Assembly (NCBI GenBank): GCA_963667465.2
Contig: CAXXDN010000002.1
Span: forward strand, 1,024,001-1,088,000
Source: Dehalococcoidia bacterium
GTDB lineage: Bacteria > Chloroflexota > Dehalococcoidia > UBA2979
Direction of reading: 5' to 3'
DNA length: 64,000 bases
Positions 48,855-58,790 of the stretch are shown here, piece after piece. Within the stretch, counting starts at the first letter, position 1. Every line of letters begins with the position of its first letter. The translations under genes and the position numbers were made by a program. The notes under the pieces are model-generated. The model saw nothing but the letters and a program-made list of their open reading frames with translations, searched no databases and was not told where the DNA came from.

Positions 48855-49579
48855 CGCGCACCCTGCTCACGCTGACGGCGCACCAGTTGCTCGGGCGGCG
48901 GCGAGCGATCCTGATCGCGCTCCTGGCGCTCCTCCCGATCGGCATCGCGCTGCTCTACCGCCTCGCGGGCGGCGACGGCAACGCCGACGACTTCGCCGTG
49001 AGCATGGTGGACGGCTTCGTGTTCACGCTGGTGTTGCCGATCGGCGCGCTGATCTTCGGGACCGCCGCGCTCGGCTCCGAGGTCGAGGACGGAACGATCG
49101 TCTACCTGCTGGCGAAACCCGTGGCGCGCTGGCGGATCGTGCTCGCGAAGGCTGTCGTCGCCTCGGTCGCGACGATCCTGCTCACCGTTCCCGCGGCGCT
49201 GATCACGGTGCTGATCGCGCTCGAAGGGTTCGACCAGGAGTCCCTCTGGTGGGGCGCCACGATCGCCACCATCGCCGGCAGCATCGCCTACAGCACGCTC
49301 TTCGTGGGCCTCAGCACGATCACCGGCCGCGCACTGATCATCGGCCTCGTATACGTCTTCGTCTGGGAGGCATTCATCACAAACCTGTTCGAGGGCACGC
49401 GCTGGATCAGCGTCCGCGAGTACGTCATCGGCATCGCCGACGCAGCCACCACGGCGGAGGCGGTCAGCGCGCGCCTCGAGGGCTCCGAGGCCCTGATCGC
49501 CTCACTGGTCGTCGTCGCCCTCTCGCTCGCCGCCGGCGTGCACTTCCTCCGACGCTTCGAGATCGGCGAGCAGTCCTAG
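48851..49579 (+). CDS. ABC-2-type permease
   Basis: EVEDGTIVYLLAKP, multiple TM helices. Confidence 0.85.
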
Positions 49580-49581
49580 CG

Positions 49582-49611
49582 TTGTATGCAGTGATGCATC
49601 ACTGGTATGAT
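49582..49611 (+). promoter_or_regulatory. Sigma70-type promoter with palindromic operator of the TA operon
   Basis: TTGTAT (49582-87), 18 nt, TATGAT (49606-11) with extended TG; perfect palindrome CAGTGATGCATCACTG at 49589-49604. Confidence 0.75.
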
Positions 49612-49618
49612 CCTCATC

Positions 49619-49876
49619 ATGAGGACGACCATCTCGCTCGACGACCAACTGGCCAAGCAGGTGCGGCGTGAGGCTGCGGCGCAGGGCCGCAGCGTGAGCG
49701 CCTTCATCGCCGGAGTGCTGAGCGACGCCCTGAAGCGGCGGGAGCCGCCGGAGGCGCCGCCCTTCCGGCTCCTGACCGTGCGCGGCTCCCGACCGCGCCC
49801 CGGCTTCGACCTCGATCGTCCCCGCGATCTCGACACCGAAGAGGACGAGTGGACGTTCACCCGCGTCCGCCGCTAA
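49619..49876 (+). CDS. vapB: RHH/CopG-type antitoxin (VapB-like)
   Basis: MRTTISLDDQL..RSVSAFI; directly upstream of a PIN toxin. Confidence 0.8.
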   Translation: MRTTISLDDQLAKQVRREAAAQGRSVSAFIAGVLSDALKRREPPEAPPFRLLTVRGSRPRPGFDLDRPRDLDTEEDEWTFTRVRR

Positions 49877-49882
49877 TCCCGG

Positions 49883-50320
49883 ATGCTCTTGCCTGACGTC
49901 AACGTCCTCATCTACGCCCACATCGAGGACTCCACGCCCGATCACCTCGAGTATGCCGAGTGGCTCACCCGGCTGGCGACGGGGCCAGAGCCCTTCGCTC
50001 TTTCCCTGCTCGTCCTCGTGGGCTTCGTGCGGGTGGCGACGAACCAGCGCATCTTCGACACGCCGTCGACGCTCGATCAGTCGTTCGCGTTCGTCGCCTC
50101 GCTGACAGCGCGTCCCACCGCACGGGTGGTCGGTCCGGGCCCTGACCATCCGGCGATCTTCGAGCGGCTGTGCCGCGAGGCCGGGGCCACCGGGAAGCTG
50201 GTCGCCGATGCCCAGCATGCTGCCGTCGCGATCGAGCACGGCTGCACGCTCGTCTCGGCCGACTCGGACTTCAGCCGCTTCCCCTCGCTCCGCTGGCAGC
50301 ACCCGCTGCGCCCCGCCTGA
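49883..50320 (+). CDS. vapC: PIN-domain toxin VapC
   Basis: LPDVNVLIYAH, DAQHAA.AIEHG, SADSDFSRF. Confidence 0.9.
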   Translation: MLLPDVNVLIYAHIEDSTPDHLEYAEWLTRLATGPEPFALSLLVLVGFVRVATNQRIFDTPSTLDQSFAFVASLTARPTARVVGPGPDHPAIFERLCREAGATGKLVADAQHAAVAIEHGCTLVSADSDFSRFPSLRWQHPLRPA

Positions 50321-50358
50321 GGACCGGCCGCGCCCGCGAGGCTGCCAGCCCTCTGGCG

Positions 50359-51708
50359 CTACCCGGCCCCGCGCGCCACCCGCTCGCGGAAGTCATCGTC
50401 GACACGGAGTACCGAGCCGAGCTCGATGTATGGCTCCAGTCGCATCGTAATGGCGTCGCGCGCGAAGTCGTTGTCGAGGGCGACCGGGTGGCCAACGACG
50501 GTTCCCGCCTCGCGCAGCTCCGCGATCTCTTCGTCGCTCGCGCCGAGTTCGCGCAGCAGTTCGTCGGTGTGCTCGCCGAGATGCGCGGCACGGCCTGTTG
50601 CTCCGAACGACTCGCCGTCGATGTGCGGCGAGAAGTAGCGCTGCACGGGCACCTCGCCCCAGCCGGTGAGCTCCAGCTGGTCCCAGAACCCACGCGCCGC
50701 CAGCTGCGGGTCGGCGAGCACCTCGGGTGCCTGCAGCACCGCGCCGGCCGCGACACCGGCCGCCTGCAGCAGGTCTGCTACCTCGAACTTGTCGCGCGAG
50801 GACGTCCAGGCGGCGATCAGCTCGTCGAGCGCGTCGTGGTTCGCCCAGCGCGCGTCGGCGCTCGCGAAGCGCGGATCCTCGCGCCACCCGGCGCTGCCGA
50901 GGACGCCGCAGAGGGCGATCCACTGGGCCTCGTCGCGCGCGGAGATGGCGACGTAGTTGTCGTCGCCCGCGCAGGGGTAGGCGCCGCGCACCATGCCGGG
51001 GCGCCGGTTGCCGTCGCCGCCCACCTTGACGCGCCCGTTCAGCAGGTAGTCGGCGAGATGCCTTCCGAGCGTCGGGATCGTCGCCTCCTGCATCGAGATG
51101 TCGACGTACTGGCCGCGGCCGCTGCGCTGGCGGTAGATCAGCGCAGTGATCACGGCGGCGCAGGCCTGCAGCCCGGCGTAGTGGTCCACCCAGGTCTGTC
51201 CGGTCTTCAGCGGATCGTCGTCGGGGTACCCGGTCACGGCGACTGCGCCGGCGGAGGGCTCCATGCTCATTCCCACCGCCTTGCGGTGGGCGAGCGGGCC
51301 CTCCTGCCCGTAGCCGCTCATCGAGACGTAGACGAGGCGCGGGAAGCGCTCCCTGAGATCCTCGTAGCCGAGGTCCATGCGCCGGATCGCGCCCGGCGTG
51401 AAGTTCTCCGCGAGGATGTCGGCGTCCTCAAGCAGTTGCATGAGGATCTCGCGGCCCTGCTCGCTGCGCAGGTCCAGCTGCATCGCGCGCTTGCCCGCGT
51501 TACGGGCGGCGAAGTACTGCGAGCGGTTGTTCCAGAAGTCGCCGCTCGCGTTGTTGCCCGCGAGGAAGCCCGAACGCACCTGGTCCGGCGTATCCGTCCG
51601 CTCGATCTTGATCACGTTCGCGCCGAGGTCGTTCAGGATCCTCGTCATCATCGGGCCAATCCAGACCTGCGTGAGGTCGACGACCTTGAGACCTTCGAAG
51701 AAGCGCAT
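50359..51708 (-). CDS. Family III CoA-transferase
   Basis: GLKVVDLTQVWIGP, NAGKR, ENFTPG, TWVD. Confidence 0.92.
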   Translation of the reverse strand: MRFFEGLKVVDLTQVWIGPMMTRILNDLGANVIKIERTDTPDQVRSGFLAGNNASGDFWNNRSQYFAARNAGKRAMQLDLRSEQGREILMQLLEDADILAENFTPGAIRRMDLGYEDLRERFPRLVYVSMSGYGQEGPLAHRKAVGMSMEPSAGAVAVTGYPDDDPLKTGQTWVDHYAGLQACAAVITALIYRQRSGRGQYVDISMQEATIPTLGRHLADYLLNGRVKVGGDGNRRPGMVRGAYPCAGDDNYVAISARDEAQWIALCGVLGSAGWREDPRFASADARWANHDALDELIAAWTSSRDKFEVADLLQAAGVAAGAVLQAPEVLADPQLAARGFWDQLELTGWGEVPVQRYFSPHIDGESFGATGRAAHLGEHTDELLRELGASDEEIAELREAGTVVGHPVALDNDFARDAITMRLEPYIELGSVLRVDDDFRERVARGAG

Positions 51709-51710
51709 GG

Positions 51711-52898
51711 CTACACCTCCTCTCGCCACAGCAGCGCGGCGGCCGGACCGTCGAGCCCCAGCAGCTCCGCCGTCCCCTCGCCGAGGTCCGGCGGAGGTGC
51801 GACGCGCAGCGGAGTCTCGGAGAAGCGCACGGTCGGCCCCGGAACGATCCCGCCGTCGGGCAGGGTCTCCCAGTAGTCGCGCTCCGCGAGGTGCGGATCA
51901 TTGACGAGATCCTCGGTGGTCGCGACGTCGGCGAAGGCCAGCCCGACCTCGTCGGAGCGCTGGAGCACCTCGGCCTTGGTGTGCGACTTCATCCAGGGAC
52001 CGACGATCTCGTCGAACTCCTGCCAGTTGAGCAGGCGATCCTGTCCGTTCGCGACGATCGGGTTCGTCGCCTGTTCGGGTTCCTCGATCAGCTCGGCGAT
52101 CATCCCGCCGACATCGAAGCCCGCGAGGACGAAGGCGACGTAGCCATCCTTCACCGGCAGCGAGTCCGAGGGGTAGATGATCAGCACGCGCGAGTAGTAG
52201 CGGCGGCGGATCGCGCCCGTCCCGATGTAGACCGGCAGGTTGTGGTCGTCCGCAGCCGAGAGGGCTTCGTGCATGGAGACGTCGACGAAGTGGTGCTCGA
52301 CGCCCGCCTCCTTGTCGGCGAGTGCGGCGAGGCCGGCGATCCAGCCCATCGCGGCCGCGTAGTACTCGGCGACCTCGACGCCCGAGGCCATCGGCTCGCG
52401 GTCCGGCTTGCCGCTGACGTAGGACATGCCCGCGGCGCCCTCGATGATCAGGCTGTCCGCCTTGCGGTCGGCGTAGGGTCCGGTCCGCCCGAAGGGGCTG
52501 ATCGATACGTAGATCGTGTCCGGGAACAACTCGGCCATCGCCTCGCTGTCGGCGAGCGGAAGCGGCGAGGCGGCGGGCGTCTGCCAGTTCGCGATCACGA
52601 GCTGGCTCGTGGCGACGAGCTTGCCCGCGAAGCGCGCGCCGGCCTCGCTGGTGATGTCGAGCGCGACGCTGCGCTTGCCGCCGTTGAGCAGGCGGTGCAG
52701 CCCGCCGCCGTCGAGGGCAAAATCGTCTCCGGGGAAGGGTCCGGCGCGGCGAATGGCGTCGCCGCCGGGCGGCTCGATGCGGATCACTTCCGCGCCGGAC
52801 TGTGCGAGCAGAAGCCCAGTGTACGCGACCGCGCCGCCGCTCGCGATCTCGACGACGCGGATGCCCTCGAGCGCTCCGGGGGTGGGCTCGTCCGTCAT
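51711..52898 (-). CDS. Family III CoA-transferase (degenerate subunit)
   Basis: ALEGIRVVE, GAEVIRIEPPGGD, NGGKRSVALD; EVAE at the catalytic Asp position. Confidence 0.88.
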   Translation of the reverse strand: MTDEPTPGALEGIRVVEIASGGAVAYTGLLLAQSGAEVIRIEPPGGDAIRRAGPFPGDDFALDGGGLHRLLNGGKRSVALDITSEAGARFAGKLVATSQLVIANWQTPAASPLPLADSEAMAELFPDTIYVSISPFGRTGPYADRKADSLIIEGAAGMSYVSGKPDREPMASGVEVAEYYAAAMGWIAGLAALADKEAGVEHHFVDVSMHEALSAADDHNLPVYIGTGAIRRRYYSRVLIIYPSDSLPVKDGYVAFVLAGFDVGGMIAELIEEPEQATNPIVANGQDRLLNWQEFDEIVGPWMKSHTKAEVLQRSDEVGLAFADVATTEDLVNDPHLAERDYWETLPDGGIVPGPTVRFSETPLRVAPPPDLGEGTAELLGLDGPAAALLWREEV

Positions 52899-52901
52899 CG
52901 C

Positions 52902-53990
52902 TTACGCGTCCTCGTCGAACATCAGGACGCTGCGGGCCACCTCGCCCGCCTTCATCGCCCGGAACGCCTCGTTGATGTCCTCGAGCTCTCCGCGGCGCGT
53001 GATCATCTCGTCCAGCAGCAGCCGGCCCTGCAGGTACCAGTCGACGTAGCGAGGCATGTCGATGCGGAAGCGGTTGGAGCCCATGCTCGAGCCCTGCAGC
53101 GTCTTGCCGCCGAGCAGGCTCGGGCCGTCGATCTCCACCTTCGTACCCTGCGGGATCATCCCGATCACGGTGGCGGTGCCGCCGCGGCGGATCGACTCGT
53201 AACACTGCTCGGCGGCGGCCTTGAGGCCGATCGCCTCGAAGGTGTAGTCGACGCCGCCGGGGACGATGCCCTTGATCGCCTCCACCGGGTCGCGCGAGGA
53301 GGCGTCGACGGAGTGCGTCGCGCCCAGCTCCCGCGCGGTCGCCAGCTTCGACTCGTGGACATCGACGGCGATGATCGTGCGGGCTCCGCCGATGCGCGCG
53401 CCCTGGATCGCCGCCAGACCGACGCCGCCGGCGCCGAAGACCGCCACCGTGGACCCGACCTCGATGGCCGCGGTGTTCAGGACCGCGCCGAGGCCGGTCG
53501 TGACGCCGCAGCCGATCAGGGCCATGCGGTCGATCCCGATGTCCTGTTCGACCTTCACGAGGGCGTTCTGGTGGACCAGCATTCGCTCCGCGTAGGTGGC
53601 GAGGCCCGCCATTTGCGTGAGGCGGCCACCCTTCCAGCTCAGCGCCGGCTCCTCGTCGGGACCGCGCAGCGGGCGTTGCATGCAGAGGAACGGCTCACCG
53701 CCCAGGCAGCGATCACAGTTCCCGCAGAAGATCGAGAGGCAGGCGATGACGCGGTCGCCGGGGGCGAACATCGTGACGTCGTCTCCGACCGCCTCGACGA
53801 CGCCTGCTCCTTCGTGGCCGAGGACGGCCGGCGTGACCATCGAGTAGAAGCCATCGACGAAGTGCAGGTCCGAGTGACAGACGCCGCTCGCGCCGGTGCG
53901 AACGACGACTTCGTTACCGCGCGGCTCGTCGATATCGATGTCTTCGACGGTGAGCGCATCGTTGGGGGCGTGGAATACGGCGGCTCGCAT
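52902..53990 (-). CDS. Zn-dependent alcohol dehydrogenase (copy 1)
   Basis: GVCHSD, GHEGAG, CGNCDRC..C, GCGVTTG, GAGGVG. Confidence 0.93.
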   Translation of the reverse strand: MRAAVFHAPNDALTVEDIDIDEPRGNEVVVRTGASGVCHSDLHFVDGFYSMVTPAVLGHEGAGVVEAVGDDVTMFAPGDRVIACLSIFCGNCDRCLGGEPFLCMQRPLRGPDEEPALSWKGGRLTQMAGLATYAERMLVHQNALVKVEQDIGIDRMALIGCGVTTGLGAVLNTAAIEVGSTVAVFGAGGVGLAAIQGARIGGARTIIAVDVHESKLATARELGATHSVDASSRDPVEAIKGIVPGGVDYTFEAIGLKAAAEQCYESIRRGGTATVIGMIPQGTKVEIDGPSLLGGKTLQGSSMGSNRFRIDMPRYVDWYLQGRLLLDEMITRRGELEDINEAFRAMKAGEVARSVLMFDEDA

Positions 53991-54133
53991 CGCTGGCTCT
54001 CCTTGCTGGCGTTGCGTTCGGCGGGCGGCCCAGCGGACTGCGCCGCCCGCGACGCAGTGTGGCCATGCCGCGATGTGCTGTCCAGCCCGCGCGACGGCTC
54101 GCGCCGCTTGCCGAGGTGGAAGCGTCGGCTCGC

Positions 54134-55222
54134 CTACGCGTCCTCGTCGAACATCAGGACACTGCGGGCCACCTCGCCCGCCTTCATCGCCCGGAACGCC
54201 TCGTTGATGTCCTCGAGCTCTCCGCGGCGCGTGATCATCTCGTCCAGCAGCAGCCGGCCCTGCAGGTACCAGTCGATGTAGCGAGGCATGTCGATGCGGA
54301 AGCGGTTGGAGCCCATGAACGAGCCCTGGAACGTCTTGCCGCCGAGCAGACTGGGACCGTCGATCTCCACCTTCACGCCCTGCGGGATCATCCCGATGAT
54401 CGTCGCGGTGCCGCCGCGCCGGATCGCCTCGTAACACTGCTCGGCGGCGGCCTTGAGGCCGATCGCCTCGAAGGTGTAGTCGACGCCGCCGGGGACGATG
54501 CCCTTGATCGCCTCCACCGGGTCGCGCGAGGAGGCGTCGACCGAGTGCGTCGCGCCCAGCTCCCGCGCGGTCGCCAGCTTCGACTCGTGGACATCGACGG
54601 CGATGATCGTGCGGGCTCCGCCAATGCGCGCGCCCTGGATTGCCGCCAGGCCGACGCCGCCGGCGCCGAAGACCGCAACCGTCGAGCCGACTTCCATGCC
54701 GGCGGTGTTGAGCACGGCGCCCAGCCCGGTCGTGACGCCGCAGCCGATCAGCGCGGCGCGGTCGACCTCAATGTCTTGCTCGATCTTCACGAGGGCGTTC
54801 TGGTGGACCAACATCTTCTCCGCGTAGGTGGCGAGGCCCGCCATCTGCGTGAGGCCGCCGCCCTTCCAGCTCAGCGCCGGTTCGTCGCCACGGCGGCGCA
54901 TCGGGTTCTGCATGCAGAGGAACGGCTCGCCGCTGAGACAGCGGTCGCAGTTCCCACAGAAGATCGAGAGGCAGGAGATGACGCGGTCGCCCGGGGCGAA
55001 CATCGTCACATCCTCGCCGACCGCCTCGACGACCCCGGCGCCCTCGTGGCCGAGCACGGCCGGCGTGGCCATCGCGTAGAGGCCCTCGGCGAAGTGCAGG
55101 TCGGAGTGACAGACGCCGCTCGCTCCCGTGCGGACGACGACCTCGTTGCCGCGCGGCTCGTCGAGGTCGATGTCCTCGATGGTCAGCGCGTCATTGGGGG
55201 CGTGGAAGACGGCAGCTCGCAT
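54134..55222 (-). CDS. Zn-dependent alcohol dehydrogenase (copy 2)
   Basis: Same motifs and same length (362 aa) as copy 1. Confidence 0.93.
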   Translation of the reverse strand: MRAAVFHAPNDALTIEDIDLDEPRGNEVVVRTGASGVCHSDLHFAEGLYAMATPAVLGHEGAGVVEAVGEDVTMFAPGDRVISCLSIFCGNCDRCLSGEPFLCMQNPMRRRGDEPALSWKGGGLTQMAGLATYAEKMLVHQNALVKIEQDIEVDRAALIGCGVTTGLGAVLNTAGMEVGSTVAVFGAGGVGLAAIQGARIGGARTIIAVDVHESKLATARELGATHSVDASSRDPVEAIKGIVPGGVDYTFEAIGLKAAAEQCYEAIRRGGTATIIGMIPQGVKVEIDGPSLLGGKTFQGSFMGSNRFRIDMPRYIDWYLQGRLLLDEMITRRGELEDINEAFRAMKAGEVARSVLMFDEDA

Positions 55223-55343
55223 GGCAACTCTCCCTGCAGGCGTCGGAATTCGCGGGCGGCATTCGGGCGTGTCGCCCGCGACGCAGTGTGGCGATGCCGC
55301 CGTGCGCCGTCCAGCCCGCCAGCTCGACGGGGCCGGAGCCGCG

Positions 55344-57479
55344 CTACGCGCCGCCCTCGTCCAGCTGCGCGACCAGCTCTCCGACGCTGCGCGCCGGGAG
55401 CGCGCACACGAAGTCCTCGCAGACGTAGGCGGCGGCCTCGCCCGGCGCGACCGCGCGGCCCTCGAGGACCGGGAGCCCGTCCTCGCCGGCCGCGGGCGCA
55501 AGCAGGGTCGTGGGCAGGAAGCGTCCGGCCAGCTCGCGCTCGAACGGCGACCGCGCCTCGGGGTCGCCCACGACCGCGATCTCGCGCGGCGGCGCGACCA
55601 GCAGCTCGACGACCTGCAGCAGGCTGCCGAAGCCGCCCGCGCCCTCCGCCAGCTTCGCGCTCACCTGCGCGACCACCTCGCGCGCCACGTCCTCCCACTC
55701 GGGCCGCCCGAAGTAGCGGCCGAGCCAGAACGCGAGGAGCGCGGCCGCGCCGTTGCCGCTCGGCGTCGCGGCGTCATAGAACGGCTGCTGGCGCAGGATC
55801 AGGCGCTCGGCGTCCTCCGGCGATTCGAAGAAGCCACCTTCCGTGTCGCGGAAGCGCTCGACAATCTCCTCGAAGAGTGCAGCGGCCCAGTGCAGGTGGT
55901 CGAGGTCGCCCGTGGCGCGGTAGAGCTCGATCAGGCCGAGGCCGTAGCAGGCGTAGTCGTCGAGCAGCCCGTCGATCTTCGCGACGCCGTCCTTCCAGCT
56001 ATGCAGCAACCGCCCGCCGCCGCCAGCGGCAGCCGCCTGCCACATCGAGCCCCGCACGAACTCCGCGTTGCGGCGCGCAACTTCCACGTAGTGAGAATCG
56101 CCAAGCACTCGTCCGGCCTCGGCGAAAGCCGCCAGCGCGAGCCCGTTCCACGAGGTCAGTACCTTGTCGTCGAGGCCGGGCCAGAGGCGCCGCTCCCGCT
56201 CGGCCCGTAGTGCGGTGCGCCAGCCGGCGAGGCGCGCCTCCAGCTCCGCCTCGTCCACTCCGAAATCGCGCGCGATCTCGCCGAGTGGTCGGTAGCGGCT
56301 CAGCACATTGCGCCGCCCAAACTCCGCGTGGTGCGGATCCTCGAAGTTGCCGCCCTCGGTCACTCCGTACACCGCGCCGCAGATTCGCGCGTCCTCCTCA
56401 CCGAGGACGGCGTGCAGCTCCTCCCGCGTCCAGACGAAGAACTTGCCCTCGATGCCCTCGCTGTCGGCGTCCTGGGCGCTGTAGAAGCCGCCTTCGCCAT
56501 CGAGCATCTCGCGCTCGAGGTAGCCGAGCGTCTCGCGCACGATCCGCTCGAAGGCCGGATCGCCGCCGAACTGGTGGCCGTGGAGGTAGACGCGGGCAAG
56601 CTGCGCGTTGTCGTAGAGCATCTTCTCGAAGTGCGGAACCAGCCACTGCCGATCGACGCTGTAGCGCGCGAAGCCGCCACCGAGCTGGTCATACATCCCG
56701 CCGGCGGCCATCGCCCGCAGGGTCGAGAGCGCCATGCGCCCCGCCGTACCCGCTGCGCCGCCCTCCGCTCGCCGGCGTGCCTCGTGCATCAGCAGGAATT
56801 CAAGGCCACCGGGGTTGGGGAACTTGGGCGCATGCCCGAAGCCCCCCCACTCCTCATCGAAGCCTCGCCACAGCGCTTCGAGTGCCTCCGCGGTCAGTCC
56901 GGCGCTCGCCGCGGCCGGGCCGTCCTCGCTCTCGTACTGGCGGGCGACGGCGGTTTGCAGCCGCTCCGTGATGTCCTGCGCCGAGTCAAGCACGCGACTG
57001 CGGTCGTCACGCCAAAGGTCGCGCAGCGCGGTCAGCACGCGCGGGAAGCCGGGCCGGCCGTGGCCGTCCTCGGGAGGGAAGTAGGTCCCGGCGTAGAACG
57101 GCTTGCCCTCCGGAGTGAGGAAGACGGTCATCGGCCAGCCGCCGGACCCTGTCAGCGCCTGCGTCGCAGTCATGTAGACGTTGTCGACGTCCGGGCGCTC
57201 CTCGCGATCGACCTTCACGTTGACGAACGCCTCGTTCATCAGCGCCGCGATCGTCTCGTCCTCGAACGACTCGTGCGCCATGACGTGGCACCAGTGGCAC
57301 GAGGAGTAGCCGACCGAGAGCAGCAGCGGCTTGTCCTCGGCGCGGGCGCGCTCGAAGGCCTCCTCGCCCCACGGGTACCAGTCGACCGGGTTAGCGGCGT
57401 GCTGCAGCAGGTAGGGGCTGGTCTCGCCGGAGAGCCGGTTGCGGTGGCCGGGGGCGTCCGTCTCGCTACCGTCCGTCAC
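55344..57479 (-). CDS. Thioredoxin-domain protein of the YyaL/DUF255 (SSP411) family
   Basis: [53 protein letters not shown]. Confidence 0.93.
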   Translation of the reverse strand: MTDGSETDAPGHRNRLSGETSPYLLQHAANPVDWYPWGEEAFERARAEDKPLLLSVGYSSCHWCHVMAHESFEDETIAALMNEAFVNVKVDREERPDVDNVYMTATQALTGSGGWPMTVFLTPEGKPFYAGTYFPPEDGHGRPGFPRVLTALRDLWRDDRSRVLDSAQDITERLQTAVARQYESEDGPAAASAGLTAEALEALWRGFDEEWGGFGHAPKFPNPGGLEFLLMHEARRRAEGGAAGTAGRMALSTLRAMAAGGMYDQLGGGFARYSVDRQWLVPHFEKMLYDNAQLARVYLHGHQFGGDPAFERIVRETLGYLEREMLDGEGGFYSAQDADSEGIEGKFFVWTREELHAVLGEEDARICGAVYGVTEGGNFEDPHHAEFGRRNVLSRYRPLGEIARDFGVDEAELEARLAGWRTALRAERERRLWPGLDDKVLTSWNGLALAAFAEAGRVLGDSHYVEVARRNAEFVRGSMWQAAAAGGGGRLLHSWKDGVAKIDGLLDDYACYGLGLIELYRATGDLDHLHWAAALFEEIVERFRDTEGGFFESPEDAERLILRQQPFYDAATPSGNGAAALLAFWLGRYFGRPEWEDVAREVVAQVSAKLAEGAGGFGSLLQVVELLVAPPREIAVVGDPEARSPFERELAGRFLPTTLLAPAAGEDGLPVLEGRAVAPGEAAAYVCEDFVCALPARSVGELVAQLDEGGA

Positions 57480-57748
57480 GGGCGCTCGCGCGGCTCGTCC
57501 CGCGCCTCGCAGTCCTGATCACCCGCCTCGCACGCCTGTCCCGTCGCCTCCCGCGCGACGCCCTCGAGGGCGTTCGCGAGCGCGGACCCCAGCCCGCCGG
57601 CGGCGCCCAGCGCCGAGCCCGCCGCGCCGCCTGCCGCCTCTCCGGCGCCACCAACGGCGCCACCAACGGCGCCGAGGAACGGCGACCGCGGCCGCGGCTT
57701 TGGGTCCGGCTCGCCCGGCTGATCGGGCCGCGCTGTGGGCTCGGGCAT
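57476..57748 (-). CDS. Small Gly/Ala-rich hypothetical protein
   Basis: GGAG SD before ATG 57748; 90 aa; stop overlaps the YyaL-family GTG (GTGA). Confidence 0.6.
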   Translation of the reverse strand: MPEPTARPDQPGEPDPKPRPRSPFLGAVGGAVGGAGEAAGGAAGSALGAAGGLGSALANALEGVAREATGQACEAGDQDCEARDEPRERP

Positions 57749-57825
57749 GGTGATCGCTCCACTCGGCGGGACCGCCGGATCATGCACTACGTGAGACGCA
57801 GGGTAGCGCAAAGTGCCCAAAACGA

Positions 57826-57906
57826 ACGTAACAACGCGTTCCACTATACGTAACGACTGATTGAACGGTTTAGCACTTGACAGGCGGGATCCGCGATCTC
57901 TAGCGT
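57826..57906 (+). promoter_or_regulatory. Sigma70-type promoter with upstream direct repeat
   Basis: TTGACA (57877-82), 18 nt, TAGCGT (57901-06); ACGTAACRAC at 57826 and 57848. Confidence 0.6.
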
Positions 57907-57974
57907 CCGCCCAAGTTGGTACGCACAGAAGCGCCAGAATGTACGTACCACGAGAGGGAGAGGGGATTGTTGGA

Positions 57975-58289
57975 ATGACGTGGGCAGAACGAGTAGGTGA
58001 CCTCGCGACGAATGTCGCACTAGTCGCGATCAACTTCGCGAGGATCTTCACGCTGGCCGCCAGCATTCTCGCCACCAAGGTCGACGACCTGGTGACGAGC
58101 CTGGGTGAGCGCAGCGAGAACGGCCTGGCTCGCACCGACACGGCAGCCGGCACGTGGGTTCGCCTGCCCGCTGCCGTGCTCTGGGGTCTCGCGGCGATCA
58201 GTCTTCGCCTGGTTTCGATCGTGACCGTGTTCGTACGGCAGTTGACGGGCGCGGCGGACGACTTCTTCCGCACGCTGGCCGAAGGTTAG
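57975..58289 (+). CDS. Hypothetical 104-aa hydrophobic/amphipathic helical protein
   Basis: Purine-rich leader (GAGAGGGAGAGGGG) before ATG; promoter upstream; no family recognised. Confidence 0.75.
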   Translation: MTWAERVGDLATNVALVAINFARIFTLAASILATKVDDLVTSLGERSENGLARTDTAAGTWVRLPAAVLWGLAAISLRLVSIVTVFVRQLTGAADDFFRTLAEG

Positions 58290-58366
58290 GCCTTGGCGAA
58301 CTGAGCCGGCCGCTCGCCGAGCGAGCAGCCGCGAACTAACGAGAGACGCGAGCAAGGTACTCGAGA

Positions 58367-58726
58367 GTGTTGAACGCGCTCGTGGCGAGCTCCTGGGCGG
58401 ACAACCTCCGGGAAATCCTGGAGGATGTCCGCCGGGTGCTCGTGTTCGCCTTGCTCACCGTGAGCGGAATCTGGCACGCCTTCGCCCTCGCGCTTGACGG
58501 CCTCGCACGGGGCCTCGATGGCGAGTGGCGGCAGGCGGCGGACCGGACGGGTATTGATGCCTGGTGGCCCTTCCGGATGGGTCTGCGCGCGGTCGCGTGG
58601 CTGCACGGAGTTGTAGCCTCGGGGGCCGCCGCGCTGAGCCGCCTCAGCGCCGCACATTTGCGGCTGGCAGGAAACATCGACGAGCGCCTGCTGCGCTCCC
58701 TGGGCGAGACGACCGCGCCTGCCTGA
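58367..58726 (+). CDS. Hypothetical ~119-aa amphipathic helical protein
   Basis: Fills the gap in the same orientation with GC3-rich codons; patchy similarity to the preceding ORF; start uncertain. Confidence 0.65.
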   Translation: MLNALVASSWADNLREILEDVRRVLVFALLTVSGIWHAFALALDGLARGLDGEWRQAADRTGIDAWWPFRMGLRAVAWLHGVVASGAAALSRLSAAHLRLAGNIDERLLRSLGETTAPA

Positions 58727-58790
58727 CCCGCCCGCCGGCGACAACATTCCGCATCCGCGACCCCCGCGGATGCTCGTTCGTGTGTGCCCT

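Larger units (their letters stand above)
52898..55330. repeat. Tandem duplication (about 1.23-kb unit) of the ADH gene plus its promoter
   Basis: Starts and stops are both offset by 1232 bp; long near-identical DNA stretches; upstream blocks are also similar. Confidence 0.92.

Noticed and set aside
57975-58726. WXG100/ESAT-6 pair or type IV/Flp pilins
   Set aside because: No central W-x-G motif, no class III signal (G|xxxxE), and no secretion genes in the window.
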